This document shows positions 48,939-61,870 of a stretch of DNA of 64,000 bases, piece by piece. The notes beneath the pieces are model-generated. The model made no database searches. It was given only the letters and a program-made list of their open reading frames with translations, and was not told the origin of the DNA. The DNA lies in the NCBI RefSeq assembly GCF_006345805.1, contig NC_043024.1, positions 15,934,001 through 15,998,000 on the forward strand, written 5' to 3'. Numbering within the stretch: the stretch's first letter is position 1; every line of letters starts with the position of its first letter. The position numbers were made by a program, and so were the translations under genes. This DNA comes from Octopus sinensis. Its lineage: Eukaryota.

Positions 48939-49540
48939 CGTGAAGTATATTTGCCACCTAAATGTGGCTAACCCTTAAGGGTGGATGCTACTGTAGCTTG
49001 TAGCCTCTGGAGGACACCTCCTCCAGCCGGCTATTGACACACTTTGTGTGCGCTATCAGTATTTGCAAAGGGAAGCCATCCTTCCCATCTCCAACCTGAC
49101 GTGATATACACGGACCCGAGTTTCTGAGTATTGGTCGTGCAGCTACTGTTCATACCTCACTCAAAGAATTATTATTGCTTGTTTACGCTTTTTCGAGATC
49201 AGCGACTTTTCGTCACTGGAAAAATGATATATATATATGCATTGGGAACCACTTCACATCGACAACCGGTGATTGTCACACGCTGATGACGGGTCAATAA
49301 TCAGAAACTCGGGTCCGTGTGTATCACGTCAGGTTGGAGATGGGAAGGATGGCTTCCCTTTGCAAATACTGATAGGGCACAAAATGTGTGTCAATAGCCA
49401 GCTGGAGGAGGTGTCCTCCTGGGGCTACAAGCTACAGTAGCATCTACCCTTAAGGGTCAGCCACATTTAAGTGGCAAGTATACTTCACGGTGTCGTGCAG
49501 CTACTGTTTATACCTAGCTCAGAGATTTATTATTGCTTAT
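48939..49540. repeat. 189-bp inverted repeat plus a short direct repeat; Penelope remnant with a hammerhead-like motif
   Basis: 48939-49127 vs 49301-49489; CACACG-CTGATGA...GAAAC-TCGG-GTC-CGTGTG at 49277-49321. Confidence 0.8.
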
Positions 49541-49553
49541 ATATATATATATA

Positions 49554-49631
<78 letters not shown>

Positions 49632-50039
49632 GGTAAGATCGAAGGATCCAAGTGTAGGAAGTTAGTAAGCTTCGAGCAGTCCGTTGAAGGTATAAAAAAC
49701 AGCTTTCAGAAACAATAGGGGGAGGGGCCTATTGACATAGAAGGTTGTGAATTTTTCCTCATGTTGATAAGTTCGATAAGTTGAAAATGTTATTTTATAG
49801 TTCACGGTTAGCAGCTGTGGTTGCTGTGGATGCGAATAAAAATTCAAAATTAGGTGATAGAGCAGATAAACTCCAGGTTAGATGTGTTTCATAGCTAGCA
49901 GAACCCAGGAAGGCCCGACGAGTAGCTAGCGGATTACCCCTCGTTTGGGTAATTATCACTTCAGGGGTTCTTCTAGCTATGAAACATATGGCCTGGATTT
50001 TATCTGCTCCATTCCCTTACTTTGGAGATATATATATAA

Positions 50040-50771
50040 TTTCTTTTTATTTATTTATCGGTTTCAGCTCAAAGCTGTCGCCATGCTGGGGCACTGCCGT
50101 TTTTCTACTGTTATTGTTGACACCTTCTTCTGATATGTGGCACTTGGTCAGTAAAGGAGTTTGATGTCGCTGCCCCCATTTGCGCCTCCTGCCGCGAGGT
50201 ATGTTCATCTGGGACACTCAACAGGAAGAGATCCAGTTTTGTTTTGAAAACACCTACATCCACCTTGTGTAGGTCCCTCAGGCTCTTGAGAGAATATTAA
50301 AAAACTGTGGGCCCCTAAATCACAGGCTGTTGCAGTAACTGGTCCTGAAGCGTGACGACATTGTCGGGATCTTTGGCACTGTGCAGTGACGGTCCGTTCT
50401 GGTATTTGTGTAGCTTTCAATGCCAAAATTTGGCACAATTATTTCCAGGATCTTCCAGGATCACCACTCCATCTATGGCTAATATATCTTCTTCGCTAAT
50501 GTCGATGTAATCCATCGTAACTGCCTCACTGGTTATAGCTGAGGCGGCAAAGAAATCCACTGGTTCGTTCTCTTGCCTGTGTTCCAACGGGATAGTAAAC
50601 ACACTTTTGAATTGGTCATTAAGTACCCCACTGATCCTGGTTGGGTTATCTGTGATGGAGCCATCCTTCTGGAAGAGGGGTCCTATTTTGCAGCATACTG
50701 AGACCCCTCCTTTCGCATAAAGAAAGAAAGCCTTTGGATTTGACTTTGTTTTTTATAACACAGGCTTCTTT

Positions 50772-50855
<84 letters not shown>

Positions 50856-51860
50856 ACATAGGATTGTTGCAGACGTTCTTCAATCTCCATCAGTGTTCTT
50901 TTTAGGCGGAACCTTTCACTGCTTTTGGAATGTTGGTTGAAACGATTTGCAACTTTCGTCCGTCGCCTCATGAGGATTTTCCTCTCCCTTGGAATCCCGT
51001 TCCTTTTTTTGTGTTAGCCTTGTGCTCTGGGACATATTTCTGACATATGGTTTGTATAATAGACATGAAATACTCTAGTTTCATGCTAATGTCTGGTGCA
51101 GAGAGACATTTTCGTCAGTCCTGAGGTTCTCTTTTTGGATCGATTTCCAGTCTGCTTTGTGGAAGTTCAGATTGGAGAGGTTTTGCGTTCTTCCTTTAGA
51201 TTGTATGACTCTCGCTACTTTTTTCCTGTACATAGACAGCTGTATTATATTAATCCGAAACTAATATCGGCGTCACTTTCACATTATGAACGATGTCTAT
51301 ATTGTTTGTGAAGCAGAGATCCAAAATGTTATTTTCTCTGGTTGGTCGGAGCACAATTTGCTCCATGACTAGGGCATTAGTGAGGTTGAACAGGGACGCC
51401 GCCTGTACTTGTTTGCAATGAGTCATTCTTGAGAGCATGAGGCCCTCGGGCCATTTAACAGTTAGGAAGTTGAATCACCCATAAGAAACACGCTCACGTG
51501 ATATTCCAGTTTCATGAGGGTTTCTTTTAATTTTGTGAAGCAATCTTCAGACTTTCCCGTGTGGTTTGGAGTATCCGGTGGGCGATATGTATTGCATATG
51601 ACTGTATTGTGTCGTCTTATGTATACAATTTGAGTGTCACATGCTGAATTTTAGTATGACAGTAGGGCATGGGGCGCGAGGTCAACTCCACCATGGCTCC
51701 TTTTCCTTCTGTCCGTTCGCAGCACGGTATATTTTGGCACGTGTACTCCTGTATTCTCTCTATCAGGCCTATGATGAGTTTCTACAAGTGCTATGCATAG
51801 GGCTTGATGGCATGCAGTAAGATCTCTCAGGAAAAAGATTTTGATTTTGTTGTGATACAA
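50040..51860 (-). mobile_element. Internally deleted CR1/L2-like LINE (AP endonuclease plus 3' tail)
   Basis: LVETH...YTVLRTDRRKRSHGGV; PTRENNILDLCFTN...VSD; 3' end matches 18729-18985. Confidence 0.75.
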
Positions 51861-52004
51861 CAGGCCTGAGGCTATAGTAAAAGAGAGTTGCCCAAGATTT
51901 CACGCAGTGGGACTGAACCCGGAACAATGTGGCTGGTAAGCAAAACTTCTTACTACACAGCCATTTAAAAAAAATATTTGCTCATTTGTCTTTCTTCTTT
52001 TCAG

Positions 52005-52121
52005 CTTCCATTCACTGCTGCGGCTCCCATTCATCGTGGCTTTTTGACTGATGTTGACACTCGCTGGCTTTCCCTTTCTCAGAGTTGTGATGATCGTACC
52101 AGACAAGAACGTGGATTAGAA
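52005..52121 (+). CDS. GCLC: GCLC-like paralog 2, exon 8 (LPFTAAAPIHRGFLTDVDTRWLSLSQSCDDRTRQERGLE)
   Basis: TTTCAG acceptor, GTGAGT donor; matches [39 protein letters not shown]. Confidence 0.95.
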
Positions 52122-52144
52122 GTGAGTTTTAATACGTTTACCTA

Positions 52145-52385
52145 ACTCAAGGCGGTGAGCTGGCGGAATCGTTAGGACGCCAGGCGAAATGTATAGCCGT
52201 ATTTCGTCTGCCGTTACGTTCTGAGTTCAAATTCCGCCGAGGTCGACTTTGCCTTTCATCCTTTCGGGGTCGATTAAATAAGTACCAGTTACGCACTGGG
52301 GGTCGATATAATCGAATTAATCCGTTTGTCTGTCCTTGTTTGTCCCATCTGTGTGTAGTCCCTTGTGGGCAATAAAGAAATAAGA
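52145..52385 (+). mobile_element. SINE family B, followed by a second degenerate copy to about 52560
   Basis: Family B head, core and tail immediately after exon 8. Confidence 0.88.
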
Positions 52386-52692
52386 ATAGTTAGGACGTCG
52401 GGCAAAATGCTTAGAGGCATTTCGTCCGTCCTTACATTCTGAGGTCGACTTTACCTTTTATCCTTTCAGGGTTGGTAAAATAAGTACCAGTTGAGCACTG
52501 GGATTGATGTAATTAACTTAACCCCACTCCTGATATTGCTGGCCTTGTGCCAAATTTGAAACCAGTATATATATCTCACTCTGTAAATGGCGTCTAAAGT
52601 AAATTTTTTAAAGATTCCTCCTCAGTTTCTTAACAAAAATCGTCTTGAAGAATACACGTTGAGTGTTTGGGCAAAATTTGATAGTTGGCATG

Positions 52693-53573
52693 CGAGGTCT
52701 GATCAATTAGTATCCGAACTGTTGCCATAGTAACGAATCTAAAGCAGGCAGAGTAAAGTCGCTTGGTAAAAATTGACCTTAAACTCTGCTGTGTATGCGC
52801 ACTAAATTTTAATGTTCTAGCTCACTTCCGCTGTTTACTGCAGTGCTTGAAAGGAACGTGTGTAGCGTGTGATCGTCGCATTGACCATGACAGAGAACGT
52901 TGTCTTGGCGATACCTGCTCAGAAGTCTACACAAAGTTGCAGAAAGTGTCTGGAGAGGAGTGTATGAGCCGCATACAAGGGTACGGGTGGTTCAGGCGTT
53001 TCCAAAATGGTCGAAAAATTTCGAACATTCTACGAGATACGCAACCAATCATAACTGTGAAAAACATCGCAGATGTGCGTACAGCCGTGAGTGGAAATTC
53101 TCGAATCACCATCCGTGAGTTATCAGAGGATGTGCAGATTAGTTACGGTTCAGTTCAGTCCATTATCACTGAAGATTTGGGTATGAGACGCATGTCTGCC
53201 AATTTTGTGCCAAAACTGCTTTCAGCTGACCAAAAAGACACTCGGGTTTCAGTTACACAAGATCTCCTTCATTGTGTCGAGAACGATGAAAACTTTTTGA
53301 AAACTTTGCGCAGGCCTCTGAGCTGGTATCTCCAAGCTTTTGGCAAAACTTGATGCAGATCCTCTGCTCAACTTTCTCCATCATGGTCAATGCGACGATC
53401 AAACACTACACACCTTACTTTCAAGCACTGCTATAAACAACGGAAGTAAGCTAGAACGTTAAAACTTAGTGCGCATGCACAACAGAGTTGTACAGAGTTC
53501 CAAACGGCTTTACTCTGCGTGCTTTAGTTTCGTTACTATGGCAACAGTTCGAACATTTGTTGATTAGACCAGG
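52693..53573. mobile_element. Mariner derivative with two inverted left ends (about 250-bp foldback arms)
   Basis: CGAGGTCTGATCAATTAG / TGATTAGACCAGG|TA termini; internal arm symmetry; central HTH fragment (ISYGSVQSIITEDLGMRRMSANFVPKLL). Confidence 0.85.
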
Positions 53574-53649
53574 TACAAAGAAAAGAAAATGCAATATCCC
53601 ATCTAATAAAAATTGTATTTAAAAAACTTCAAAAAATATCAACTAGATT

Positions 53650-55010
53650 ATGGCTGAGAGATAACAGGTTACTCAAAGTAACCGCCTTCCGCTTCCATCG
53701 TAGCCTTAAGAAGGTTTCGGAATCCCTGTGTCCCTGGAAAGATCTTCAAGCACCTTCTTGATCTTGGTCACCAGCTCGGTGTTGGTGTTGCAGGCAGAGC
53801 GGTTGGCGTCTTCCCCAACCACGCCCTACACATAGTAATCCATGGCATGACAATCGGAGGAATTAGGAAGCCAGAAATTGGGGCTAGAAAAAGGTGGCGA
53901 GCTAGCAGAATCGTTAGCACGTCGGGCGAAATGCTTTGCGGTATTTCGTCTGCCGTTATGTTCTGAGTTCAAATTCCGCCGAGGTCGACTTTGCCTTTCA
54001 TCCTTTCGGGGTCGATAAATTAAGCACCAGTTACGCACTGGGGTCGATGTAATCGACTTAATACCTATGTCTGTCCTTGTTTGTCCCCTCTATGTTTAGC
54101 CCCTTGTGGGTAATAAAGAAATAGGTATTTCGTCTGCCGTTACGTTCTGAGTTCAAATTCCGCCGAGGTTGACTTTGCTTTTCATCCTTTCGGGGTCGAT
54201 AAAATAAGCACCAGTTAAGCACTGGGGTCGATATAATCGACTTAATCCATTTGTCTGTCCTTGTGTGTCCCCTCTATGTTTAGCCCCTTGTGGACAATAA
54301 AGAAATAAGAAACTGGGGCTAATGAAGTTGCAAGCATTCTCAGCCAACCAATTCTGAATCTTTCCCAAGATGTGGCAAGGAGCTGAATCCTGCTGCCACA
54401 CATTATGGCCTTCCATCAGTGACCCTCTCCATCCAGGGTTTGACCACAGTCTCCATCAGTTTCACATAGCCGTCTGAACTAAGCCAAAGACCCTGTTCAA
54501 AGATGTAAGGCGGCATGATGTTACCCTTACTAGAGACACATACAAAGACCGTCACAGTTTGGGGAACCTTGATTTTCATGATTCATGACGCATTACATGG
54601 ATTGTGGGTAAACCACGTGTTCTTTTGGGTGTTGTGAAACTGGTCCTGGTAGACCTTTTTACATGAGAAGGTCCAGACGATCCCCTTGATCAGCTTGTTC
54701 GGGAGCTTCTTTGCGTTTGTCAAGCTGTTCTCCTTAGTCTTGGCTGTCAGAATTTGTCCCTTGCGCCTCTTGTATGAGTTGTAACTAAGGTCCTCATTCA
54801 GGGCCATCTTCATGATGGTGACTCCAACACTTATCACTCTCGCCAAAGCCTGGATTCCTTTACTTAGATCTTCTATTATGTTGTCCTGCAGTTGTTGGAT
54901 GAATTCTGGCGTGCAGAACGCCTGCTTTGTTCCTTCCTGTTAGCAACGGCTTCACACAGTCTCCCTCTTGCAGCTGGCCATATCACGTCTTACAGCCTTT
55001 ACACTGTTCT
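53650..55010 (-). mobile_element. Degenerate Tc1/mariner-superfamily transposase interrupted by a SINE dimer
   Basis: VWQQDSAPCH and SYKRRKGQILT motifs in ORFs 54153-54416 and 54583-54846. Confidence 0.7.
53894..54310 (+). mobile_element. Dimeric SINE family B
   Basis: Full monomer followed by a 5'-truncated monomer starting GGTATTTCGTCTGCC at about 54123. Confidence 0.85.
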
Positions 55011-55229
55011 CAAAGCTTTGTGCTGCAGACATGATGACAGCATTTTGATACCCAGCAATAATCATCATGGCACAGGTAATTCTTTTTTAATATTCAGACC
55101 GTCGACCGTTCACCTGTACATTAAGCTGTTTCTGAAATGAAGACATAAAAAAAATCGCCAGATTGAGTCGGGACACTCTATATTAAAGAAGACCTTGAAG
55201 CAGGTGAGAAGTTTAGTTGTAGAAAATCT

Positions 55230-55660
55230 GTCTCCACGAAGGCGACGAGTTGGCAGAAACGTTAGCACGCCGGGCGAAATGCGTAGCCGTATTTCGTCTG
55301 TCTTTACGTTCTGAGTTCAAATTCCACCGTGGTCGACTTTGCCTTTCATCCTTTCGGGGTCGATTAAATAAGTACCAGTTAAGCACTGGGGTCCATATAA
55401 TCGACTTAATCCATTTGTCTGTCCTTGTTTGTCCTCTCCGTGTTTAGCCCCTAGTGGGTAGTAAAGAGATAGGTATTTCGTCTGCCGTTACGTTCTGAGT
55501 TCAAATTCCGCCTAGGTCGACTTTGCCTTTCATCCTTTTGGGGTCGATGAATTAAGTACCAGTTACGCACTGGGTCGATGTAATCGACTTAATCCATTTG
55601 TCTGCCCTTGTTTGTCCCCTCTCTGTGTAGCCCCTTGTGGGCAGTAAAGAAATAAGAAAA
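55230..55660 (+). mobile_element. Dimeric SINE family B
   Basis: Same junction AAAGA(G/A)ATAGGTATTTCGTCTGCC at about 55465-55485. Confidence 0.85.
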
Positions 55661-55849
55661 TCTGTCTCCACAAATTCTGTCTGATTCATGCGAGCATGGA
55701 AAGTGTACGCATTTAAACTATGATGGTAATAGTACTAATCTAAATATGAACCGCTTATGGCCGTGGGTGAGTTGGTATTAGTTAAAGAATAAATGTCTTG
55801 AAATCGTTTCTTTTACATATATACTTTATAATCTCTTGTCTTCATTTAG

Positions 55850-55988
55850 CCTTTGACAAATGGAAGTGTTTTTATTCCAACAACGCGTTTTGATACAGTA
55901 TGCAGTTACCTTTCTGTGAGCGACCAATTTTATAACGACTATGATTACAGTTATGATCCTGAGCAGTATGAAGTATTGAAGGCTGAAG
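55850..55988 (+). CDS. GCLC: GCLC-like paralog 2, exon 9 (PLTNGSVFIPTTRFDTVCSYLSVSDQFYNDYDYSYDPEQYEVLKAE-G)
   Basis: TTTAG acceptor, GT donor; matches PLKNNNYRISKSRYDSIDSYL...YNDIDL...EG. Confidence 0.93.
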
Positions 55989-56124
55989 GTATTTAGAAAT
56001 TATTTAAAACATAAAAATAGTTTTGGGTTTATTTTGTATGAAAATATTATCATTAACAGAATTATCTTTTTTACTTTTCCGACTTTGTATCGAGTTGCAA
56101 AAATTTACTCTCAATTTTTTTTAT

Positions 56125-56432
56125 TTATGCGCCCTTTTCAAGCCTAGCTAGGCTCATGGGCCCGGTTTCCCGGTTTCTGTGGCGCATGTGTTCCTCACCA
56201 GCTGGACGGGACGCCAGTCCATCGCAGCGTTACTCAAGAAACAGAAAGAAAGAGTGAGAGAAAGTTGGGGCGAAAAAGTACAACAGGGGTCACCACCATC
56301 CCCTGCCGGAGCCTCGTGGAGCTTTAGGTGTTTTCGCTCAATAAAAACACACATTGCCCGGTCTGGGAATCGAAACCGCGATCCTCCGACCGCGAGTCCA
56401 CTGCCCTAACCACTGGGTCATTGCGCCTCCAC
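56125..56432 (-). mobile_element. SINE family A
   Basis: Reverse complement of 746-1040. Confidence 0.85.
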
Positions 56433-56825
56433 TTACTCTCAATTGCATTCATTAAAGCATCTAAGATTCGTGTTAATCGTTCAAAAATACACAGAAACGA
56501 ATAATTTCACTTAACTGCTTGGTGTCAAAATCATCGTTGCACTGTCTGTAATCTGGTTAGGAATGAGGATTTTGACACCAAGTAATGCCAAGGACCACTC
56601 CGTCGTTTACGACGAAGAGGGTCTCAGCTGATACGAAGGTATGTCTACGAAATACTAGATTAGGTATTTGACTGCAATAAAGGACATTTTATTTCTTGAA
56701 ATAAATCTTTAAAAAATGGTCTCTATTTACCTTTGATACATATTACTCAATTATCAATTTTTCTCTTGAAAACATGCTACAATTTTATAAATTTAATTAA
56801 TTAAAATATTTTTTTAATTAATCAG

Positions 56826-56935
56826 GTGTTGATGAAATGATGGCCAAATATGTTGCCCAACTTCTTGTTAGAGATCCAATCACTTTGTACAAAGAAAAGG
56901 TTCATCAAGACGTGGAAGACACTGATCACATTCAG
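56826..56935 (+). CDS. GCLC: GCLC-like paralog 2, exon 10 (VDEMMAKYVAQLLVRDPITLYKEKVHQDVEDTDHIQ)
   Basis: CAG acceptor, GTGAG donor; matches [37 protein letters not shown]. Confidence 0.93.
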
Positions 56936-57741
56936 GTGAGACATCGGTTGAACACTTTATTTGTAAATAAGTTCATTAAATAGTAAAGGAACGTAGCTAA
57001 AGTGGTTGAGGTGTTCGGTTCACAATCATAGTGTCGTGGGTTCAATTCGTAGTGAATAGGACGCCAAAGTGTTACAGAGTTAACTTCCTAACTGCTCCTA
57101 CTACTTCTTTCTTTTTCTTTTTCCTCTTTTTCCATTTCTTTTATCCTTTTCTTTTTCTTTTTCTTTTATTTTTATTTTCTTTTTCTTTTTCTTCTTTTTC
57201 TTCTTCTAATCAAGACTCACGCCATTAGCCACACAGAATAATCTCTAATTCGAGCCTACCCTAAGCTACTAAGAGTGCATGTGGCAACTTGAAGATCCAC
57301 CCACCACACATGATAGACTGGCGACGGCACGGGCGCGAAAGCTATGTTGTTATACGCATTCCGTAAACGGTGGCTTTTAACGGGTGGAGAGCTGAACCAT
57401 CATTGGGTACAGAGGATTCGTAATCTAGACTAGGGTCTGAAAGTTTACCACCCCATAGTGGATTACACATTGGTTCCTCCTGCCACAAAGCTTTGTGGCA
57501 GAAGTAAGAAAAGAGTGAGAGAAAGTTGTGGTGAAAGAGTACAGCGGGGTTCACAACACCAACACCCCCCTGCGCCGGGGCCTCGTAGAGCTTAGGTGTT
57601 TTGCTCAATAAATACTCACAATGGGAATCGAAACCGCATTCTTACGACTGCGAGTCTTCTACCCTAACCATTCTTACGACTGTGAGTCCGCTACCCCAAC
57701 CACTGGGCCATTGCGCATCCACCTAACTGCTGCTGGAACTC

Positions 57742-57855
57742 TGTGCCACATAAAAAGCACTGGTGATGGTGCCTTGTAAAAATCACTGGTGATAGTGCCA
57801 TATAAACGGCGCTGGTGTTGGTGCCACATAAAAAGCAGCGGTGATGGAACCATAA
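57742..57855 (+). repeat. Minisatellite, about 26-bp unit x4 (GTGCCACATAAAAAGCACTGGTGATG)
   Basis: Contiguous degenerate units, no spacers. Confidence 0.8.
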
Positions 57856-59185
57856 ACATAGGATTCCTTGAAGAGAAGCAAACACTCATAAGAATCTTGT
57901 ACTCTGCTATTTTATTTATCCAACCCAAATAGTTGAAAGCAGGATTTGAACTCATACTGGAGAGAACTAGAAGAAATAAGTGGTACATTTATAGGAACTC
58001 TAACAACTCTGTAGTCTTGTTACCTAATGCAAGAATTAATATATTGTGGAACACGATTTTTGTCCTTGGGCAGCAACTGTTATTTCCTATTTGCTTACCC
58101 TAAGAAAGTAAGAAAAATAACTAATATTTCCTTCAAACTTTACTTTTCTTATATTTATTCAAACCCAAAGAATTCCTCTCAACACATGGCTATGATGCTC
58201 CTCCATTACTGCTGCTCATCATCAGAGATGCACATATTGTCAGCCACTTAGGGACTTGCTCAAGTGATTAAGGTCAAGCAACTGTTAAGTAAATCTGTGC
58301 TATTGAACAGAATATTTGATTCAGCTTCTGCAACTCAGTGCTGAATTTGTCTGAAATTTAAAGGAAAATAGGTCAATTTCAGAACATCGATGTCCAAGTG
58401 ACAAAGGCAAACTATGAAGGGGATAGTAGTCATTTCCTTTGATTTCTAGATAGAAGCAAATAGGAAATGTAACACTTACTGGCAAACACACACAAAAATA
58501 ATAAAATTTTTTTTTTACAGTGCTATCAATGTGCAGGAAAGTTGAGACAAATGCGTGATAGCATAATTGCTTGAATTCAATAATGTTGTTGAAATATAAG
58601 GAATCTTTTCTTGAACTTTCAAATTTCTTACATTTTTCGTAAAAGAGGACCATTAAAGGGAATAAAAGTATTATGAACAAAAATGTTGAAGGGTTAAATG
58701 TGATATTTCGATACAATATCGATAAAGTCAGTAAACCATTTATTGATATTAAAAGGCGAAGCTGAAAGCTCTGTGCAATAGTAATTGTCAATAGATGTTT
58801 GTTATGAATCTTTATCGAAGGATTCCAAAAAATCAATGAGAAAATTCTATTGGATGTGTTTTAATTGAAAAATTTTTCACAGCTTTGACCTCACAAAATA
58901 TACACTTTTACATCATACATTGGTAAAGGTCAAAGGTCACTTTAGATTTTGCTTTTTGTTTAAAATATGTAAACATTTTCTATTCATTTTACACAGCAAT
59001 TATAACAAACATGACTAAATACTTTTTCTACACATCATAATACTAAATAACAATTAGGTGTATGTTATAAATGTGAGCTACGCCCTACATGTTATCATAA
59101 CCAACAATTAGTGATGTGCATTATACTCTAGTATGTATTATGAATGGATGAATATATTTGTTATTAAATCAATTATATATATATG

Positions 59186-59221
<36 letters not shown>

Positions 59222-59263
59222 GTTCTATATATGTGACTAAAGTTGTTTAACATTCTGTTTTAG

Positions 59264-59350
59264 ACCATTATTGGAAGTAATTGGCACACCCTGAAACTGA
59301 AACTTCCTGATGAGAAATCTGGATGGAAAATAGAATTCAGGACAATGGAG
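59264..59350 (+). CDS. GCLC: GCLC-like paralog 2, exon 11 (TIIGSNWHTLKLKLPDEKSGWKIEFRTME)
   Basis: TTTTAG acceptor, GTAAC donor; matches [31 protein letters not shown]. Confidence 0.94.
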
Positions 59351-59739
59351 GTAACATTTTACTAGAAACTGTCTCCGTAAAAGATATTTCTGTATACTTC
59401 ATTGTATATAGGCACAGACATAGCTTTTTGGTGTTGGTTTCATATCAGCATGGTTATGAGTTCAATCTCAGTGCAAGACTCCTTGCAGAAATATTTTCTA
59501 ATAACATTGGGTTGATTGATACTTTGTGAGTGGGATTTGGTGCAGTTTGGTATATTATTTGACTTGTTTGAACCATCGGACAGCAACCATCCTACAGGCA
59601 CCAGTTCCAAGGATTCGATCAGTCATATCAATTCCAGAACTTATATTTTTAAGTCCAGACTTTATTTTCTCGATCTCCATAAACACCAAGACTGGTAGTT
59701 TGTAAATAGTCAGTGAACCATGAAGCCATACACACACAC

Positions 59740-60130
59740 GCTCACATGCATGCACACACATAGATACATATATAAATGTATGACTTGTTTGAACCATCAG
59801 ACACACATAAGCATGCACACATGCACACACATAAGGATGTACACATACACACACACAAGCATGCAAACATACACACACAGACACACATAAGCATGCACAC
59901 ATACATACACACATATAAGCATTCACACACACACACACACATAAGCATGCACACATACACACACACAGACACACATAAGCATGTACACACACACACACAT
60001 AAGCAGGCACACACACACACACACACAAGCATGCAAACATACACACACAGACACACATAAGCATGCATACATACACACACATAAGCAGGCACACTGACAC
60101 ACACAAGCATGCACACATACTCACACACAC
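59740..60130. repeat. CA-rich higher-order repeat (CACACATAAGCATGCACAC units)
   Basis: Direct reading. Confidence 0.9.
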
Positions 60131-60390
60131 ACGACAGGCTTTTACACACTTTTTGGCTACCAAATTCCACTTGGATTTTCACTTCTCCATATATCATTGT
60201 TATGATACCTGTATATTATATCACTCTCCATATATCTATATTACCACCTATGTATTATAATACATTCTGTTATATTAATATCACTGCCTGTTATATTTAT
60301 ATCAGTGCATAAACAGTAGTATCATTACCTATAAATTAGTAAATGCTGATGTTGGCATGAAAATTATACGGAAAATAAAATTAATATTAA

Positions 60391-60610
60391 CCCTTTCATT
60401 ACCAACCCGGCTGAAACCGGCTCTGGCTCTAAGTACAAATGTCTTGTTTTCAAAAGTTCTGAATTAAAATCTTCCACCAAACCTTAGTCACAATTTGTGT
60501 TCCTAACACCAGCTTAATGATAACCGAGTTATTTTACTAAATTCTCTGTTATATTTAAAGTAATTGAAAGAAACACAGAGCATCTCAACAGAAATATGGT
60601 AACAAAAGGG
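60391..60610. mobile_element. piggyBac-type MITE
   Basis: TTAA|CCCTTTCATTACCA ... TGGTAACAAAAGGG|TTAA. Confidence 0.88.
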
Positions 60611-60743
60611 TTAAAAGATTACACCCTTTATTTAGTAATTACTTCAACACCACGTTTCTAGTGAGAACCCTTGCCAAGCTGGAGGGGAGTGATTCACTCC
60701 CTTACTCACAATATATCGGACATAGGTTGTGTTTCTTATTTAT

Positions 60744-60937
60744 ATTATTTACATTCGATGGATATTTGTCCTCATCTTGTTTGTTGTTAACACGACGTTT
60801 CAGCTGATATACCCTCCAGCTTTCTTCTGGTGTCTTGGGGAAATTTCGAACCTGATGAAGGCTGGAAGTTATATCAGCTGAAACGTTGTGTTAACAACAA
60901 ACAAGATGAGGACAAATATCCGTTGAATGTAAATAAT
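60744..60937. repeat. About 87-bp inverted repeat with a hammerhead-like core (Penelope remnant)
   Basis: 60744-60830 vs 60851-60937; CTGATGA-A-GGCTG...CAGCT-GAAAC-GTT at 60852-60887. Confidence 0.8.
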
Positions 60938-61479
60938 GCACATAATTCCTCATCTCTTAAATATAGAACTGTATAGGTTGTGTGTCGTTAACCAGCTGGA
61001 AAAGTCGTTTTACTGGGGTTAAAATGTAGTAACAGCGTTTTAAGATTTTATGCTTGTAAGTCTTAAAGATATCAGTATTTATCAAAAACAAATAAATAAT
61101 GCAGAATAATTAACCATAAAAAAATTTAGTGGAAAGACAAATCCAAAGGAGACAAACTCCAAAATATGCCACTCTACTGTAACATCCTTGATTCATTGCT
61201 TCATCCACGTGAATTTACGAGAAATCCCATGAATGAAGTGAGATTGTTTTCCAGAATGGAGGTAAACACCTTTCTCCATGTGATCGGCTTGAAAAATTAA
61301 GACACTATTTTGCTACTTTTCTTAATATGAAACCACTGGTAGCCTTAATTAACAAATAAAGAAATTATATATCCACTAATGTGGTGTTGAGCACTCTTTT
61401 CTTCATTCGACATTTACATGCACACACACACACACACATACATATATATAATAACATACGTTGCTGTGTGAAGGTGCAG

Positions 61480-61870
61480 GTGTGGCTGTGTGGAGGTGGA
61501 GGCGTGGCTGTGTAGCAAGAAGCTTGCTTCCCAACCAGATCGTTCTGGGTTCAATCACACCTTGAGCAAGTGTCTTCTGCCATAGCCTTGGACCGACCAA
61601 AGCCTTGTGAGTGGATTTGGTAGACGGAGCCTGAAAGAAGCCCGTCGTATATTTACTTTGCATATATCTGTGTTTGTGTGTTTATCTCCACTCCGCCATC
61701 GCTTGATAACCGATGTTGGTATGTTTACATCCAGTAACTTAGCAGTTAGGCAAAAGACGCCGATAGCATAAGTACTAGGCTTACAAAGAATACATCCTAG
61801 GGTCGATTTGTTCGACTAGAAACCCCTTACTAGACTAGAAACATTGCTGCAGTCAAATGACTGAAACAAG
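61480..61870 (+). mobile_element. CORE-like SINE, family C, ending about 30 nt before exon 12
   Basis: Family C head, core and GCTGCAGTCAAATGACTGAAAC tail. Confidence 0.82.

Noticed and set aside
57742-57855. About 26-bp repeats superficially like a CRISPR array
   Set aside because: Contiguous degenerate units with no unique spacers, in a eukaryotic context.
58321-58836. 171-aa minus-strand ORF
   Set aside because: AT-rich, no recognisable motif, non-ATG start; consistent with a chance ORF.
58927-58939. Perfect DR1 nuclear-receptor site AGGTCA-A-AGGTCA in intron 10
   Set aside because: A single short motif in probable repeat sequence with no conservation evidence; not callable as regulatory.
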